From: Promethearchaeota archaeon Loki_b31
GTDB taxonomy: Archaea > Asgardarchaeota > Lokiarchaeia > Sigyniarchaeales > SOKP01
NCBI GenBank assembly: GCA_005222975.1
Contig: NJBI01000001.1
Span: forward strand, 42,571-106,570
Reading direction: 5' to 3'
DNA length: 64,000 nt
A model generated the notes under the pieces. The model worked only from the letters and a program-made list of their open reading frames with translations, was not told the origin of the DNA and made no database searches. This document shows positions 1 through 9,389 of the stretch, piece by piece; position 1 is the first letter of the stretch; each line of letters starts with the position of its first letter. The translations under genes and the position numbers were made by a program.

Positions 1-1334
1 GTCAGGAGTTAAGTCATAATATTTCCAAAATAAAAGTACTGTAATAAGAACCAAAATAGCTGGAACAATTGCAGTGTGAATTCTTATCCCAAATACTGCA
101 AAAGGTGATTGTGTTGACGCTCCTTCTACATACCCTGTCATTATATGACTTAATGCTATTGTTACTGAGATAAATGTTTGACCAAATTTAATAAAGAACG
201 ATTGAAAACCGTAATATATCGCTTGCTGGCTTTTACCTGTTCTCACGGCTATATCGTCAAGAACATCACCCATTGTTGGTGGATCAACGTACCAGTGGCC
301 ACCAATTCCAATTCCAAAGAAAAAAAGAGCAATTATCCAAGGAATTAGTCCCCAAATAAATATCATTGGCAAGAAAGTAAGAAATAATATTATACCTGCT
401 ACTATGCTCATTTTTCTATTATCATTTATTTTATGAGCAAAAAATGTCCATAATGGGGTCGAAACGAGTGCTCCTAAAAGCATACCTCCTAAAAGATATA
501 TAATAGCTTCATCTGACATTCCTAAAATGTATGTGGAGATGTATAATGCTGATGTTTGAATCATTATTCCACCTACTTGGTATCCAAAAAAAAATATTAC
601 CTTCATCATAAATGTTCGATCTCTAAGTACCCGTCCGGTCGACTTAAAGAATGGTTCTACTTCTTGTTCTTCTCCAGCTTCTTTTCTTTTTGCATACAGT
701 TCTTTAACTTTTCGATTTTCCCTAACACCTGGAATTACGAGAAGAAAAAGAGCAAGTCCTACTACGATGCTGAATGTTGCTGCTTGGATATAAGTTTCAG
801 CTACAAAAGTATCAATGAATAAGAGCGATGGAATAATGAACGCGAGAACAAGTCCAGTTATTCCTAAAATTGTTCCAAACCCTTGAACAGTTCTTCGCTC
901 TTTTATATCAGTGAATTTGTCAGGATAAAGAGATATTATATTTACATCATATAGAGTAAAACATGTATCATAAATACATAAAGTTACGACATACCACGCA
1001 AAAATTTGAAATTGGTGAGCTTGAACTACTGAAGTTGAGCCATACCAATCAGTCGGCACTAAATATATAAATAAAAAAGATATTAACCATGGGACAACAC
1101 CAATGATAATCCATGGAAAGCGTTTCAATCCTTTTTTTTCCCATGGCATATGAATCTTTTCCATCAACCAACCAATGGATCATTTATCGCGTTCCAAATA
1201 CTATAAATCACAAAAGCCCACATCGCCATCAATGTCGGTAATCCTATGACATTCTCATAAAAGAAGAACACAGTGAAACCGAACGAAGCACTAATCCATT
1301 GTCCAATTAATTCACGGGAGCCATATGAAGCCAT
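1..1334 (-). pseudogene. GPH/MFS_2-type sugar (glycoside-pentoside-hexuronide):cation symporter. The 3' end runs off the left window edge and the reading frame is broken near the 5' end
   Basis: Manual minus-strand translation from ATG at 1334 gives MASYGSRELIGQWISASFGFTVFFFYENVIGLPTLMAMWAFVIYSIWNAINDPLVG, then TGA at 1164-1166. A second frame, open from 1179, continues WLMEKIHMPWEKKGLKRFPWIIIGVVPWLISFLFIYLVP... It is hydrophobic and multi-TM, and I saw no stop down to position 1. Together the two pieces rebuild TM1 plus the DP..G....RFPW loop typical of GPH symporters. It is absent from the ORF track because its stop lies outside the window. Confidence 0.6.
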
Positions 1335-1353
1335 GACTATTTTAGAGTTTGCA

Positions 1354-1367
1354 TTTTTTTTTTTTTT
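1354..1367. repeat. T14 homopolymer (A14 on the minus strand) 20 nt upstream of the symporter start codon
   Basis: Direct count: 14 consecutive T at 1354-1367, in the 5' region of the minus-strand gene that starts at 1334. Confidence 0.9.
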
Positions 1368-1595
1368 CTAACTTTTAATTCTTCCGTCATATCTTATTTC
1401 TCCTATTTTTCAATATTCCCTTCCATATAATCTTTTTAAAAAAAAAAGTTTATTGAATATATCTTTAAAGTGTTTTAAATATTGTTTATTTAACCCCGAA
1501 ATTTACTTTCTCGTATTTATTTATTTTTGAAATTTTAAAAACTTTTATTACAAATTTAATTATATTGTTAGTCAAAGAACTATTTAAAACTTAAT

Positions 1596-2282
1596 TTGGA
1601 GTTTACTTTGAAGATCGTTATTTTTGCACCTCATCCAGATGATGAAAGTTATGGCGCAGGAGGGTCAATACTAACATGGATTAATGAGGGTCATAATGTT
1701 CATATTATTTGGCTTACAGATGGTAGAGCTGGTTATAGAAAACCAAGAATCATTGGTGATCTTGAAGATTGTGAAGCTACTAGAATCTCTGAAGATGAAT
1801 TGGTTAAAATAAGATTAGCTGAGGCAGATGCTGCTGGTGAGTTTTTAGGAGTTAAAAAGGAAAATAGACACTTTTTGAAATTTTTCGATCAAGAATTAAG
1901 GAAGCATATAGAAGAAGCAGTTGATGAAATCAAAGATATTTTAGAAGATGCTGATAGATTTGTAATTCCCAGCGCTAATAATGATCATCCAGATCATCAG
2001 GCAACTTATGAAATTGCAGTTAAAGTAGCTGAAGAACTGAATCTAAAAAGCTTGGAATTTTACATTTACGCTTTATATAACCCTTTGAAAGCTCAAGATG
2101 AAAATCTAGTTAAAATTCGAATAGGGAATTTGAGATTTAAGGTATATGACGCTTTGAAGCTGCATAAATCTCAATTCTATACAAAGGATATGAAATGGCA
2201 AAGTTTAGCTATAAGAGACAGAAGAAGAGAACGGTTTGGTTCTTTCAAATTAAAAGATAAAAATAATTTTTATAACTTTTAG
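1596..2282 (+). CDS. PIG-L/LmbE family N-acetylglucosaminyl deacetylase
   Basis: N-terminal IVIFAPHPDDESYGAGGSI (the PDD motif) and a later NNDHPDHQATYEIA (HPDH metal-binding motif) are family signatures. TTG start. Confidence 0.8.
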   Translation: MEFTLKIVIFAPHPDDESYGAGGSILTWINEGHNVHIIWLTDGRAGYRKPRIIGDLEDCEATRISEDELVKIRLAEADAAGEFLGVKKENRHFLKFFDQELRKHIEEAVDEIKDILEDADRFVIPSANNDHPDHQATYEIAVKVAEELNLKSLEFYIYALYNPLKAQDENLVKIRIGNLRFKVYDALKLHKSQFYTKDMKWQSLAIRDRRRERFGSFKLKDKNNFYNF

Positions 2283-2300
2283 ATAACTAATAATGATTTA

Positions 2301-3053
2301 ATGATTGATGAAAAAAATTTTATTGAAGCCACTAAAATCGTAAAGAATTCCGAGAAAATCGTTGTGTTTACGGGAGCAGGAGCTTCAACTGAATCTGGGA
2401 TCGCAGATTTTAGAAGTGAGGGGGGTTTGTGGTCTCGCTACGATCCTTCGATTTATGCGAGCTACCACTATTTTCTGGAAGACCCGAGCAAGTTCTGGAC
2501 TATGCATAACGAATTAGTTGACATCGTAGTTAATGCGAAGCCGAATCCAATTCATTATGCGGTCGTTGAGCTGGAAAAACTTGGGAAAATAATTGCTATA
2601 ATCACTCAAAATGTAGACGCACTACATCAACGCGCGGGAAGTGGAACTTATAATAGTATACCAATTTACGAATTACACGGTTCTTATGAAAAATTAGAGT
2701 GTATTAGGTGTAAAAAAGAATTTCTTTTTGAAGAAGTTGAGACTAAGAACGTAAAATATCCAGTTTGTGAATGTAGTGGGTACATAAAACCAAAAGTAGT
2801 GTTATTTGGAGAACCATTGCGCCCAAGCGTGTTAGAAAGAGCAATGAACGCTTGTAGGTCTTGTGATTGTTTTCTGATGATAGGAAGCTCTTTACTCATA
2901 TCCCCAGCAAATTTTTTACCTTCCATCGCGAAAGAAAGTGGAGCAAAACTAATCTTCGTAAATCGAGATAGTACCGCAATGGACGATATTGCTGATATCT
3001 TTTTAAAAGGTAGTGGAGGAGAAATTTTGTCAGAATTAATCCAAAGACTATGA
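2301..3053 (+). CDS. cobB: NAD-dependent protein deacylase, Sir2 family (sirtuin)
   Basis: GAGASTESGIADFRS, ITQNVDALHQRAG and LHGS (catalytic His). Zn ribbon CIRC...CECSG, then VLFGE and MIGSSLLISPA. Confidence 0.85.
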   Translation: MIDEKNFIEATKIVKNSEKIVVFTGAGASTESGIADFRSEGGLWSRYDPSIYASYHYFLEDPSKFWTMHNELVDIVVNAKPNPIHYAVVELEKLGKIIAIITQNVDALHQRAGSGTYNSIPIYELHGSYEKLECIRCKKEFLFEEVETKNVKYPVCECSGYIKPKVVLFGEPLRPSVLERAMNACRSCDCFLMIGSSLLISPANFLPSIAKESGAKLIFVNRDSTAMDDIADIFLKGSGGEILSELIQRL

Positions 3054-3339
3054 AAGAAATAAAATCGTGAACTTTTCACTGAAATTAAGGTTAATTTTTA
3101 ATAAAGTTATTTTTGCCAAGAAAAAAGATAATATTTAAATATTTTACAGTTAAATAGATGCATGGTATACTACTTCAAATAATTTGAATTTTTATTCAAT
3201 TAATCTCGAAAATTAAGCAGCAATTTCACTTATTCAAAAATGTTTTAAGACACTAATTCAAGTTAGACCGACGAACTTCGCTAATATTTCTTGATTAATT
3301 CTATTTAGGGATTTACGATACAACTGAGTATTTTATAAA

Positions 3340-3344
3340 GAGGA
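3340..3344 (+). promoter_or_regulatory. Shine-Dalgarno-like GAGGA 9 nt upstream of ATG 3354
   Basis: aaGAGGAtgtaatttaATG. Complementary to the conserved archaeal 16S 3' end (CCUCC). Confidence 0.35.
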
Positions 3345-3353
3345 TGTAATTTA

Positions 3354-4313
3354 ATGATTGAAATAATCGTAGCGTTTTTTATTCTCATAGGAGGAGTTGT
3401 TATTATAATCTTCTCTAGTAGTTTTGCTGTAAAAAATTCAGCTTTACTTGCAACAGCCTTAGGTATATCACCATTAATAATTGGAGTGACTTTAGTATCA
3501 ATAGGAACAGATATTTCTGAAATTTTTAATTCAATTATTTCCTGTTCTATGGGTCACGGAGATATTGATGTAGGAGATTCTGTTGGCTCAGATCTCACGC
3601 AACTCACTTTAGTTTTTGGACTTCTACCACTAATTTGTGGTTCATTTCATGTTAATAGAAAGGACATAATAATATTAGGTTCTTGCGAAGTTCTGTCTTT
3701 ATTATTGATCTTTACTATTGTTGAGAAAGGATACATTACTCGTTTGAACGCGTTATTTATGGTTTTCAGCCTTGTAATTTATTTTTGGTTAATATATAAC
3801 GCGAATAAAGAGAGTATCCTGCATAGAGTAGAATTGATTGAAACGAAGCAACTAACAAAAAGTAAAAAAATCCTCCTTTTGTTTGCTGCAATTGGTTTTG
3901 CCGGCGTCACGGCGGGCTCCTATATCATCGTAAATTCTGTTATTTATATATCGCAAGCTCTAAGTATTCACGAATATATCATCAGTTTCTTCATCCTCTC
4001 AATAGGAACGTCGCTACCAGAACTCGTCGTTGATATAAACGCCCTTCGTCATGGTCATCATTCCATAGCAATTGGAGATATAGTTGGTTCTTGTATCGTT
4101 GATTCTACTTTATCTATAGGCATTGGCCAAGTTTTCTTCCCTCAAGCGGTTACAGCAGAATTAGCGGTACCTACGGTTTTATATACGCTCGTTGTTAGTA
4201 TAATTGTAATTGTTGTAATAGCAGCCAGACAAAAAATGGACAAAAAAGCTGGAGTATTTTTTATATTCCTTTATACAATGGCTTTCGTATTTCTATTTGG
4301 ATTAGGAATGTAA
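3354..4313 (+). CDS. Ca2+/cation antiporter (CaCA, Na+/Ca2+ exchanger family) membrane protein
   Basis: Two alpha-repeat motifs: GVTLVSIGTDISEIF and GTSLPELVVDINALRHGHHSIAIGDIVGSCIVDSTLSIG. About 10 TM segments. Confidence 0.75.
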   Translation: MIEIIVAFFILIGGVVIIIFSSSFAVKNSALLATALGISPLIIGVTLVSIGTDISEIFNSIISCSMGHGDIDVGDSVGSDLTQLTLVFGLLPLICGSFHVNRKDIIILGSCEVLSLLLIFTIVEKGYITRLNALFMVFSLVIYFWLIYNANKESILHRVELIETKQLTKSKKILLLFAAIGFAGVTAGSYIIVNSVIYISQALSIHEYIISFFILSIGTSLPELVVDINALRHGHHSIAIGDIVGSCIVDSTLSIGIGQVFFPQAVTAELAVPTVLYTLVVSIIVIVVIAARQKMDKKAGVFFIFLYTMAFVFLFGLGM

Positions 4314-4339
4314 ACCTTGACTTCTTTAAGTGAACAGGA

Positions 4340-4729
4340 TTATTCAGGTAAATAAAACTTACATATAGTACACTGTTTTGCTTTTAATCGCCTATCAGGT
4401 CCGAGAATAATATATTTGCTTTTCATAGCCCCGCCGCATTTTGGACAATTTTTTACAAAGTTCTCTTTTATTGAATCTAAAACCTTCTGGATGCTTTTCT
4501 CTAGCTGAAGTAATTCATTTGCGTTTTCTATTATTTTTTTCGCCGAGATAATGCCAATTCCCTTAATCCATGCTAGCTCTTCGGTTGTAGAGTTTGCGAT
4601 CTCTTCAATTGTTTTCACACCTGCTTTATTGAGGTTTACAGCAGCTATTGGTCCAACACCTCTAACCCGTTCGAGCTCACTAGACATAAAAAACACTTTT
4701 ATATGGATTATTCCACTTGAGAATGACAA
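4340..4729 (-). CDS. Helix-hairpin-helix DNA-binding protein with C-terminal zinc ribbon
   Basis: Two HhH motifs (LERVRGVGPIAAVNLNKAGV, LAWIKGIGIISAKKI) and CPKCGG...CTICK. The true start may be the internal ATG (MSSELERV). Confidence 0.5.
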   Translation of the reverse strand: MSFSSGIIHIKVFFMSSELERVRGVGPIAAVNLNKAGVKTIEEIANSTTEELAWIKGIGIISAKKIIENANELLQLEKSIQKVLDSIKENFVKNCPKCGGAMKSKYIILGPDRRLKAKQCTICKFYLPE

Positions 4730-4861
4730 ATATTACTACTTGAATGAATTAAAAAGAAACTTAACCTACACTAATTTTGAATTTATCTATAATAATAAAT
4801 AATTGCAATACTAAAAGATAAAATTTGAGATGATAAAAAAAAGAAAATATTTTAGTAAAAA

Positions 4862-5584
4862 TTATTTTTCTATTTGACGTCCTACGCCGTAATACATCAA
4901 ACTAGCTCCTAAAAGAGCTAACATCAAGCCTACTACTCCTATTATAGTTCTAAAAGTAGGGATATTTAAAGTATTAGAAATAAAAATTCCATACATAAAG
5001 ATCGCAAGTGCGCAAAATCCGAATATAAAGAATTTCCACTTTTTTTTTAATATCTCATCTTCAAATTTCTTATAAATCTGAAATGATAGATAAAGTGCTG
5101 GTAATATTCCAATAGTTTCGATTACTACAACATATAAGAAGAATGGGACGCTCCAAACGGGGCTCCAGCCAGTTCCTGCATTGAGTGTCACACCAAAACC
5201 TGGAGTGAATAGAAACAAGATCATACAAAACATTGCAATTCCGTAAATAATAAGAATAATTAATTGTTTGCTCGTTGAAATTACTTTTTCAGATTTTAGA
5301 AGAATTAATTCAAAAACTACAATAAATATTGGAGAATAGAAGATAAAAAAGTTAGTGAGAAAGTTTAGCATTAGCACAACAGATTCGTCGGTAAGAGGAG
5401 CATAAATAAAATTTATAATAAATCCAATAGCTGGAGATAAATAAAATCCTGAAAAGATTACATTTAGTCGTTTCCTATCTCTTTTGAGAATTTTGAACGC
5501 CAAAAAAAGGAAAAAAGCACACATAAATCCTTGGGCTCCATATATCGTTATAATACGAGTCAAAGACATATCATAAAGAGTCAT
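4862..5584 (-). CDS. Polytopic membrane protein of unknown function (paralog of 5765..6475)
   Basis: About 7 TM segments. Collinear similarity to the neighbour, e.g. FFLFLAFKILKRDRKRLNVIFSGFYLSPAIGFIINFIYA versus FFLFIAYRILKRELKGPNLILSGFYLSVAFGVIINVIYA, and KKKWKFFIFG versus KKKWKYFLVG. Confidence 0.55.
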   Translation of the reverse strand: MTLYDMSLTRIITIYGAQGFMCAFFLFLAFKILKRDRKRLNVIFSGFYLSPAIGFIINFIYAPLTDESVVLMLNFLTNFFIFYSPIFIVVFELILLKSEKVISTSKQLIILIIYGIAMFCMILFLFTPGFGVTLNAGTGWSPVWSVPFFLYVVVIETIGILPALYLSFQIYKKFEDEILKKKWKFFIFGFCALAIFMYGIFISNTLNIPTFRTIIGVVGLMLALLGASLMYYGVGRQIEK

Positions 5585-5764
5585 TTTTAAATCACATTTG
5601 AATTTTTTTTATTGTTTGAAATTTATTATTTTTTTAATTTTGATAACATATAATTGTATTTTTCCTATTTAATTGTAATTCAATCTGATATGTATCGAGA
5701 TGTAAAACATTTTATTTGTAATTATTTTTGAATGGAAAAAAAAATAGAATTAATATCAAAATTA

Positions 5765-6475
5765 TTATAATTGCTTCGCAACGCCATAATAAACAAAGTA
5801 CAGAGAAATAAGCGAGGGTAACGATGCAAGAGACCATATTAACCTAAAAGTTGGGTCGGCTAATGTATTGGAGATTGTAGTACCATAAAATAAAAAGAAA
5901 TATGCGAAAATACCAACTAAAAAATACTTCCATTTCTTTTTTAATTCCTTGTACTCGAACTTAAAATATAGTTTTAAAGAAAAGTAAGTTGTAGGAACAA
6001 TAGCTATCGAGCTACAAATAATAAAACTAAAGGTTAAGAAAAGCCAACTCCACTCGGGTTTCCAATCCGTACTTGCATTAATAATAATACCGTCTGGTAT
6101 AAACCATAGGCTAAATAAAAGAACGCCAAATGTAATTATCAATACTAATTGAATTTTGGGAGTTATAACCTTGTCCGATTTGTCAACTATTAATACAAAA
6201 ATGAGTAAGAAGATTAAAGAAAGGCACAGCAGATAGTAAGTTAAAAAATGTAGTATATGAACAACGGACTCTACTAAAATGAACGCGTAAATCACATTTA
6301 TAATAACTCCAAAAGCCACGGATAAATAAAATCCACTTAATATAAGGTTAGGTCCCTTCAACTCTCTCTTTAAAATTCTATACGCTATAAACAGAAAAAA
6401 TAAACCAGTTAACCCTTGTACGAGAAAAATTTGAATGAGTCTTGCTATATCCATATATTGCGCTAAAAATATCAA
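5765..6475 (-). CDS. Polytopic membrane protein of unknown function (paralog of 4862..5584)
   Basis: Same topology and shared motifs as 4862..5584. Tandem, same strand. Confidence 0.55.
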   Translation of the reverse strand: MIFLAQYMDIARLIQIFLVQGLTGLFFLFIAYRILKRELKGPNLILSGFYLSVAFGVIINVIYAFILVESVVHILHFLTYYLLCLSLIFLLIFVLIVDKSDKVITPKIQLVLIITFGVLLFSLWFIPDGIIINASTDWKPEWSWLFLTFSFIICSSIAIVPTTYFSLKLYFKFEYKELKKKWKYFLVGIFAYFFLFYGTTISNTLADPTFRLIWSLASLPSLISLYFVYYGVAKQL

Positions 6476-6627
6476 ATACTATCCCATTTCCTTTAATTAT
6501 ATAATAGACAAGATTAATTTTTTTGTCTGATATTATATATTAGATTTTTTGCTATATAACTATTTATTTTTAAAAGAAAAGGTGTTCAAAAAGGAATAAT
6601 AAAAAGTTTAACAGAATTAGGTTATTT

Positions 6628-6816
6628 TTATTTCTCTCGCCATTCCTGACCACATCTACCGCAACGATATTTCTTACCGTATACTCTGGGATAATCGTTT
6701 ATAATATTTGTTCTGTCAGTTGACTCGTGAATCAAATTTTTATGTTCTTCATTACAAGATGGACATTTTCGTCTGCCTTCAGTTTTTTCAATTGTCAGTA
6801 AGTTATCTTCTCCCAT
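6628..6816 (-). CDS. Small zinc-ribbon protein (two CxxC pairs)
   Basis: CPSCNEE ... CGRCGQ in 62 aa. Confidence 0.4.
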   Translation of the reverse strand: MGEDNLLTIEKTEGRRKCPSCNEEHKNLIHESTDRTNIINDYPRVYGKKYRCGRCGQEWREK

Positions 6817-7001
6817 AAAATTTCAACTCTAAAAAATAAATATTTTTATTTTGGTGTTAAGTTTGTTAATAAATTTAAGAATAATAAGTTAACTTGTTTT
6901 TTATATCTAAAATGTATCCTTAGAATATTTGCTTAGTTTAGTAGTTGATTTATAGGATAATAATATTAGATACTTATCTCATATATATATAGAATTTCAC
7001 T

Positions 7002-7586
7002 CTACTTAGAAAGAATTCTTCCGTAAGCCTTTGCTCGCTCAAATAACTCTGGGTTTAAAAATTCTAATTTGAAATGGATATCGTTTAAAATTTTATCGAA
7101 TACCTCTTTAACATCTCTTTGTAGATTTTGAATTTTAAAACAATATAAAAGTTCGAGTTCTCTTGTTTTTTGGATTAAACTAAATTCATTTATTCTCCTT
7201 TCATTTAGAGGTTTATTTTTTAAGATTAAAAAAGAGTCAATTCCTGCTAAAACAGATATGCCATTGAACATAAAGCGTTGAGAAAATTTGGTATAATTTT
7301 CAATATTAATGTTAATAATCGATTTATCATTGTAAATATTTGCTGCGATTATGATTGCGTCAAATCTCTTAAAGGGAATCCTTTTATTAATTAAATCCTC
7401 AAAACTCTCTGCAAGAATGGCTTTTAAATTTATAGGAATACCTTCAAATAGAAGGAAAAACTTCCAAATTAAGTCTTGCGAAGCAAATTTTAAAGCAATT
7501 TGCTTTAAATAATCTAAAAAAATCCTTTTTTTAGAATCTTCCGTGCCAACAAGACCCAAATTGATGGTATAACTAAATTCTTTCAA
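7002..7586 (-). CDS. Small-GTPase-like protein with degenerate nucleotide-binding motifs (candidate pseudo-GTPase)
   Basis: Collinear with the GTPases at 34098/34850. YTINLGLVGTEDSKKRIFLDYL aligns to YKVIVIGDPSVGKTSLLTKF, FDAIIIAANIYNDKS to ADGMILVYDMTRSS, ISVLAGIDSF to RILIGNKVDL, and DVKEVFDKILNDI to TVKEVFQKIAELV. The P-loop GK[ST], DxxG and NKxD motifs are all lost. Confidence 0.4.
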   Translation of the reverse strand: MKEFSYTINLGLVGTEDSKKRIFLDYLKQIALKFASQDLIWKFFLLFEGIPINLKAILAESFEDLINKRIPFKRFDAIIIAANIYNDKSIININIENYTKFSQRFMFNGISVLAGIDSFLILKNKPLNERRINEFSLIQKTRELELLYCFKIQNLQRDVKEVFDKILNDIHFKLEFLNPELFERAKAYGRILSK

Positions 7587-7682
7587 AACTTTGCTTGTTA
7601 AAAAAAAATAATTAAGGTTCTTAATTTAATAATATAATAAAATAATGCAAATATAAAATATTGATTAAATAATCTTTTCAAA

Positions 7683-8615
7683 ATGTTAATAATTTACGCG
7701 TTATTAATCGTAATGATTATTATCTGGAGTTTCTCATTTGTTCTAGTGGATATTGCACTGGAATTTGTTCCACCTATGTCTATTGCGTTAACTAGGTTTC
7801 TAATAGTATCAATGGTATTTATTATTGTTGATCTATATTTTTTTATTAATCGAAAAAGACAGGTTGATAAATACAACAAGAACAAGAAAAAAGAAAATCT
7901 TCGATACACAAGAAAAGAATGGATATATTTAATTATCGCAAGCTTTTGTGGTATTTTACTTTTCTTTGGTGCTCAATATTCTGCAATAGAATTAATTGGA
8001 CCCTCTTTACCCGCATTTTTCGTGTGCCTTTTATCCCCAGTAGTAATAACAATTTTAGCTTTAATCTTTTTTAAAGAAAAGTTGACTAAGGTTAAAATCC
8101 TGGGTTTTGCTATTGCAACCGTAGGCGGTTTTTTATTAGTTACGGGAGGAGATTTACGAACGCTTACTCCAACAACGCCTAACTTCTTAGGTTATATATT
8201 CGCTCTTATGACGCCAATAACATGGGCGATTTATTCAATAATAACAAAAAGAATTATAAGAAATAAACCAAATTTCAAAACCTTAAAATACATTGCTTAT
8301 TTTGGGACTATAGAGTTGTTCATTATCGTAATATTAAATAAGGAATTGCTCATTTTTATCCAGAATTTTTTTAATATTTATGTTTTTCTAACAGGAATAT
8401 ATTTAGGTATTGGCTGTTATATTATCGGGTATTTTATCTGGCAGAAATCACAAAAGGAGCTTAAATCTTCAAAAGGGGCTTCATTTCTCTATATTGAGCC
8501 GTTTCTAACGCTCATCTTTTCAATTATCTTAAACCGATCTGAGACAATACTGATATGGAACATTATCGGAGGTATCATTGTTCTAGTAGCTGTATTAGTA
8601 ATAAATTATAAGTAA
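7683..8615 (+). CDS. EamA/DMT superfamily transporter
   Basis: 10-TM layout with two EamA-like halves (IWSFSFVLVDIALEFVPPMSIALTRFLI; ITWAIYSIITKR). Confidence 0.7.
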   Translation: MLIIYALLIVMIIIWSFSFVLVDIALEFVPPMSIALTRFLIVSMVFIIVDLYFFINRKRQVDKYNKNKKKENLRYTRKEWIYLIIASFCGILLFFGAQYSAIELIGPSLPAFFVCLLSPVVITILALIFFKEKLTKVKILGFAIATVGGFLLVTGGDLRTLTPTTPNFLGYIFALMTPITWAIYSIITKRIIRNKPNFKTLKYIAYFGTIELFIIVILNKELLIFIQNFFNIYVFLTGIYLGIGCYIIGYFIWQKSQKELKSSKGASFLYIEPFLTLIFSIILNRSETILIWNIIGGIIVLVAVLVINYK

Positions 8616-8633
8616 AAAAGATTATGAACTGAG

Positions 8634-9329
8634 ATGACCAAAAGAATACTTTTTATTGGTGATAGCATCACTGAAGGAAAAATAGGAATCGGGTATATTG
8701 ATATAATTCAACATTATTTCCCTCAATTTCAGTGTAAAAATTATGGACGCGGTGGTGATACCTTATCTGGAGTCTTTACGAGACTTTTAAAAATTTTAAA
8801 AACACAGACAGAAACATATGACATTATAGTAATTGAAGCTGGTCTCAACGATCTTTTCTTACCTTTTGTTAAAATGAAGTGGAAATTCACAAGTATTAGA
8901 AAAGTAACTCCATTAAACAAGATAAAAGACTTTTATGATAATGGATTAAAAACGATAAGTTTACATAGCAAAGCAAAGATAATATTAACTACTTTAAGTT
9001 GCTTGGGAGAAAACATAAGTTCTCCATTAAACCAAAAAAGAAGATTAGTAAATAATCAGATTAAGGAAATTGGTTCTAAACATGGTGCATATATAGCAGA
9101 TGTAAGTTCATTCTTTGATAAGATCTTAAGTAAAAGCATTTCGAGTTATAATCTCATAGATCATCCTTTAAACTTAGTTTTCGATTATTTTAGATCAAAA
9201 AGAATGAACTGGGTAGAAAAAATAAGCAGGAAAAGACGGCTAGTGTTGACTATAGATGGTGGACACCTCAATAGCAAAGGCGCATTAATTTATGCTATTG
9301 TAATATCACGAATTTTAGATTTGCTTTAA
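8634..9329 (+). CDS. SGNH/GDSL family hydrolase (lipase/esterase-like)
   Basis: Block I ILFIGDSITEG, block II GRGGDT, block III EAGLNDL, block V DGGHLN. Confidence 0.75.
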   Translation: MTKRILFIGDSITEGKIGIGYIDIIQHYFPQFQCKNYGRGGDTLSGVFTRLLKILKTQTETYDIIVIEAGLNDLFLPFVKMKWKFTSIRKVTPLNKIKDFYDNGLKTISLHSKAKIILTTLSCLGENISSPLNQKRRLVNNQIKEIGSKHGAYIADVSSFFDKILSKSISSYNLIDHPLNLVFDYFRSKRMNWVEKISRKRRLVLTIDGGHLNSKGALIYAIVISRILDLL

Positions 9330-9389
9330 CCTTGAAAAAAATGAAGATTTTGATTAAAGGAAAATAGTTTGAGGATAAGAATAGAGAGA

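Noticed and set aside
556-822. 88-aa plus-strand ORF from the track
   Set aside because: It lies antisense inside the minus-strand GPH symporter body, which is continuous and hydrophobic. The translation is low-complexity (FFFSSFFSF) and it has no SD.
1336-1595. TATA-box/BRE promoter calls in intergenic regions (here and elsewhere)
   Set aside because: Intergenic DNA is so AT-rich that TTTAWATA-like strings occur many times per gap. They cannot be placed without transcription start data, so only a few SD sites were reported.
2684-3079. 131-aa minus-strand ORF
   Set aside because: It is a shadow ORF antisense to the well-supported Sir2 gene.
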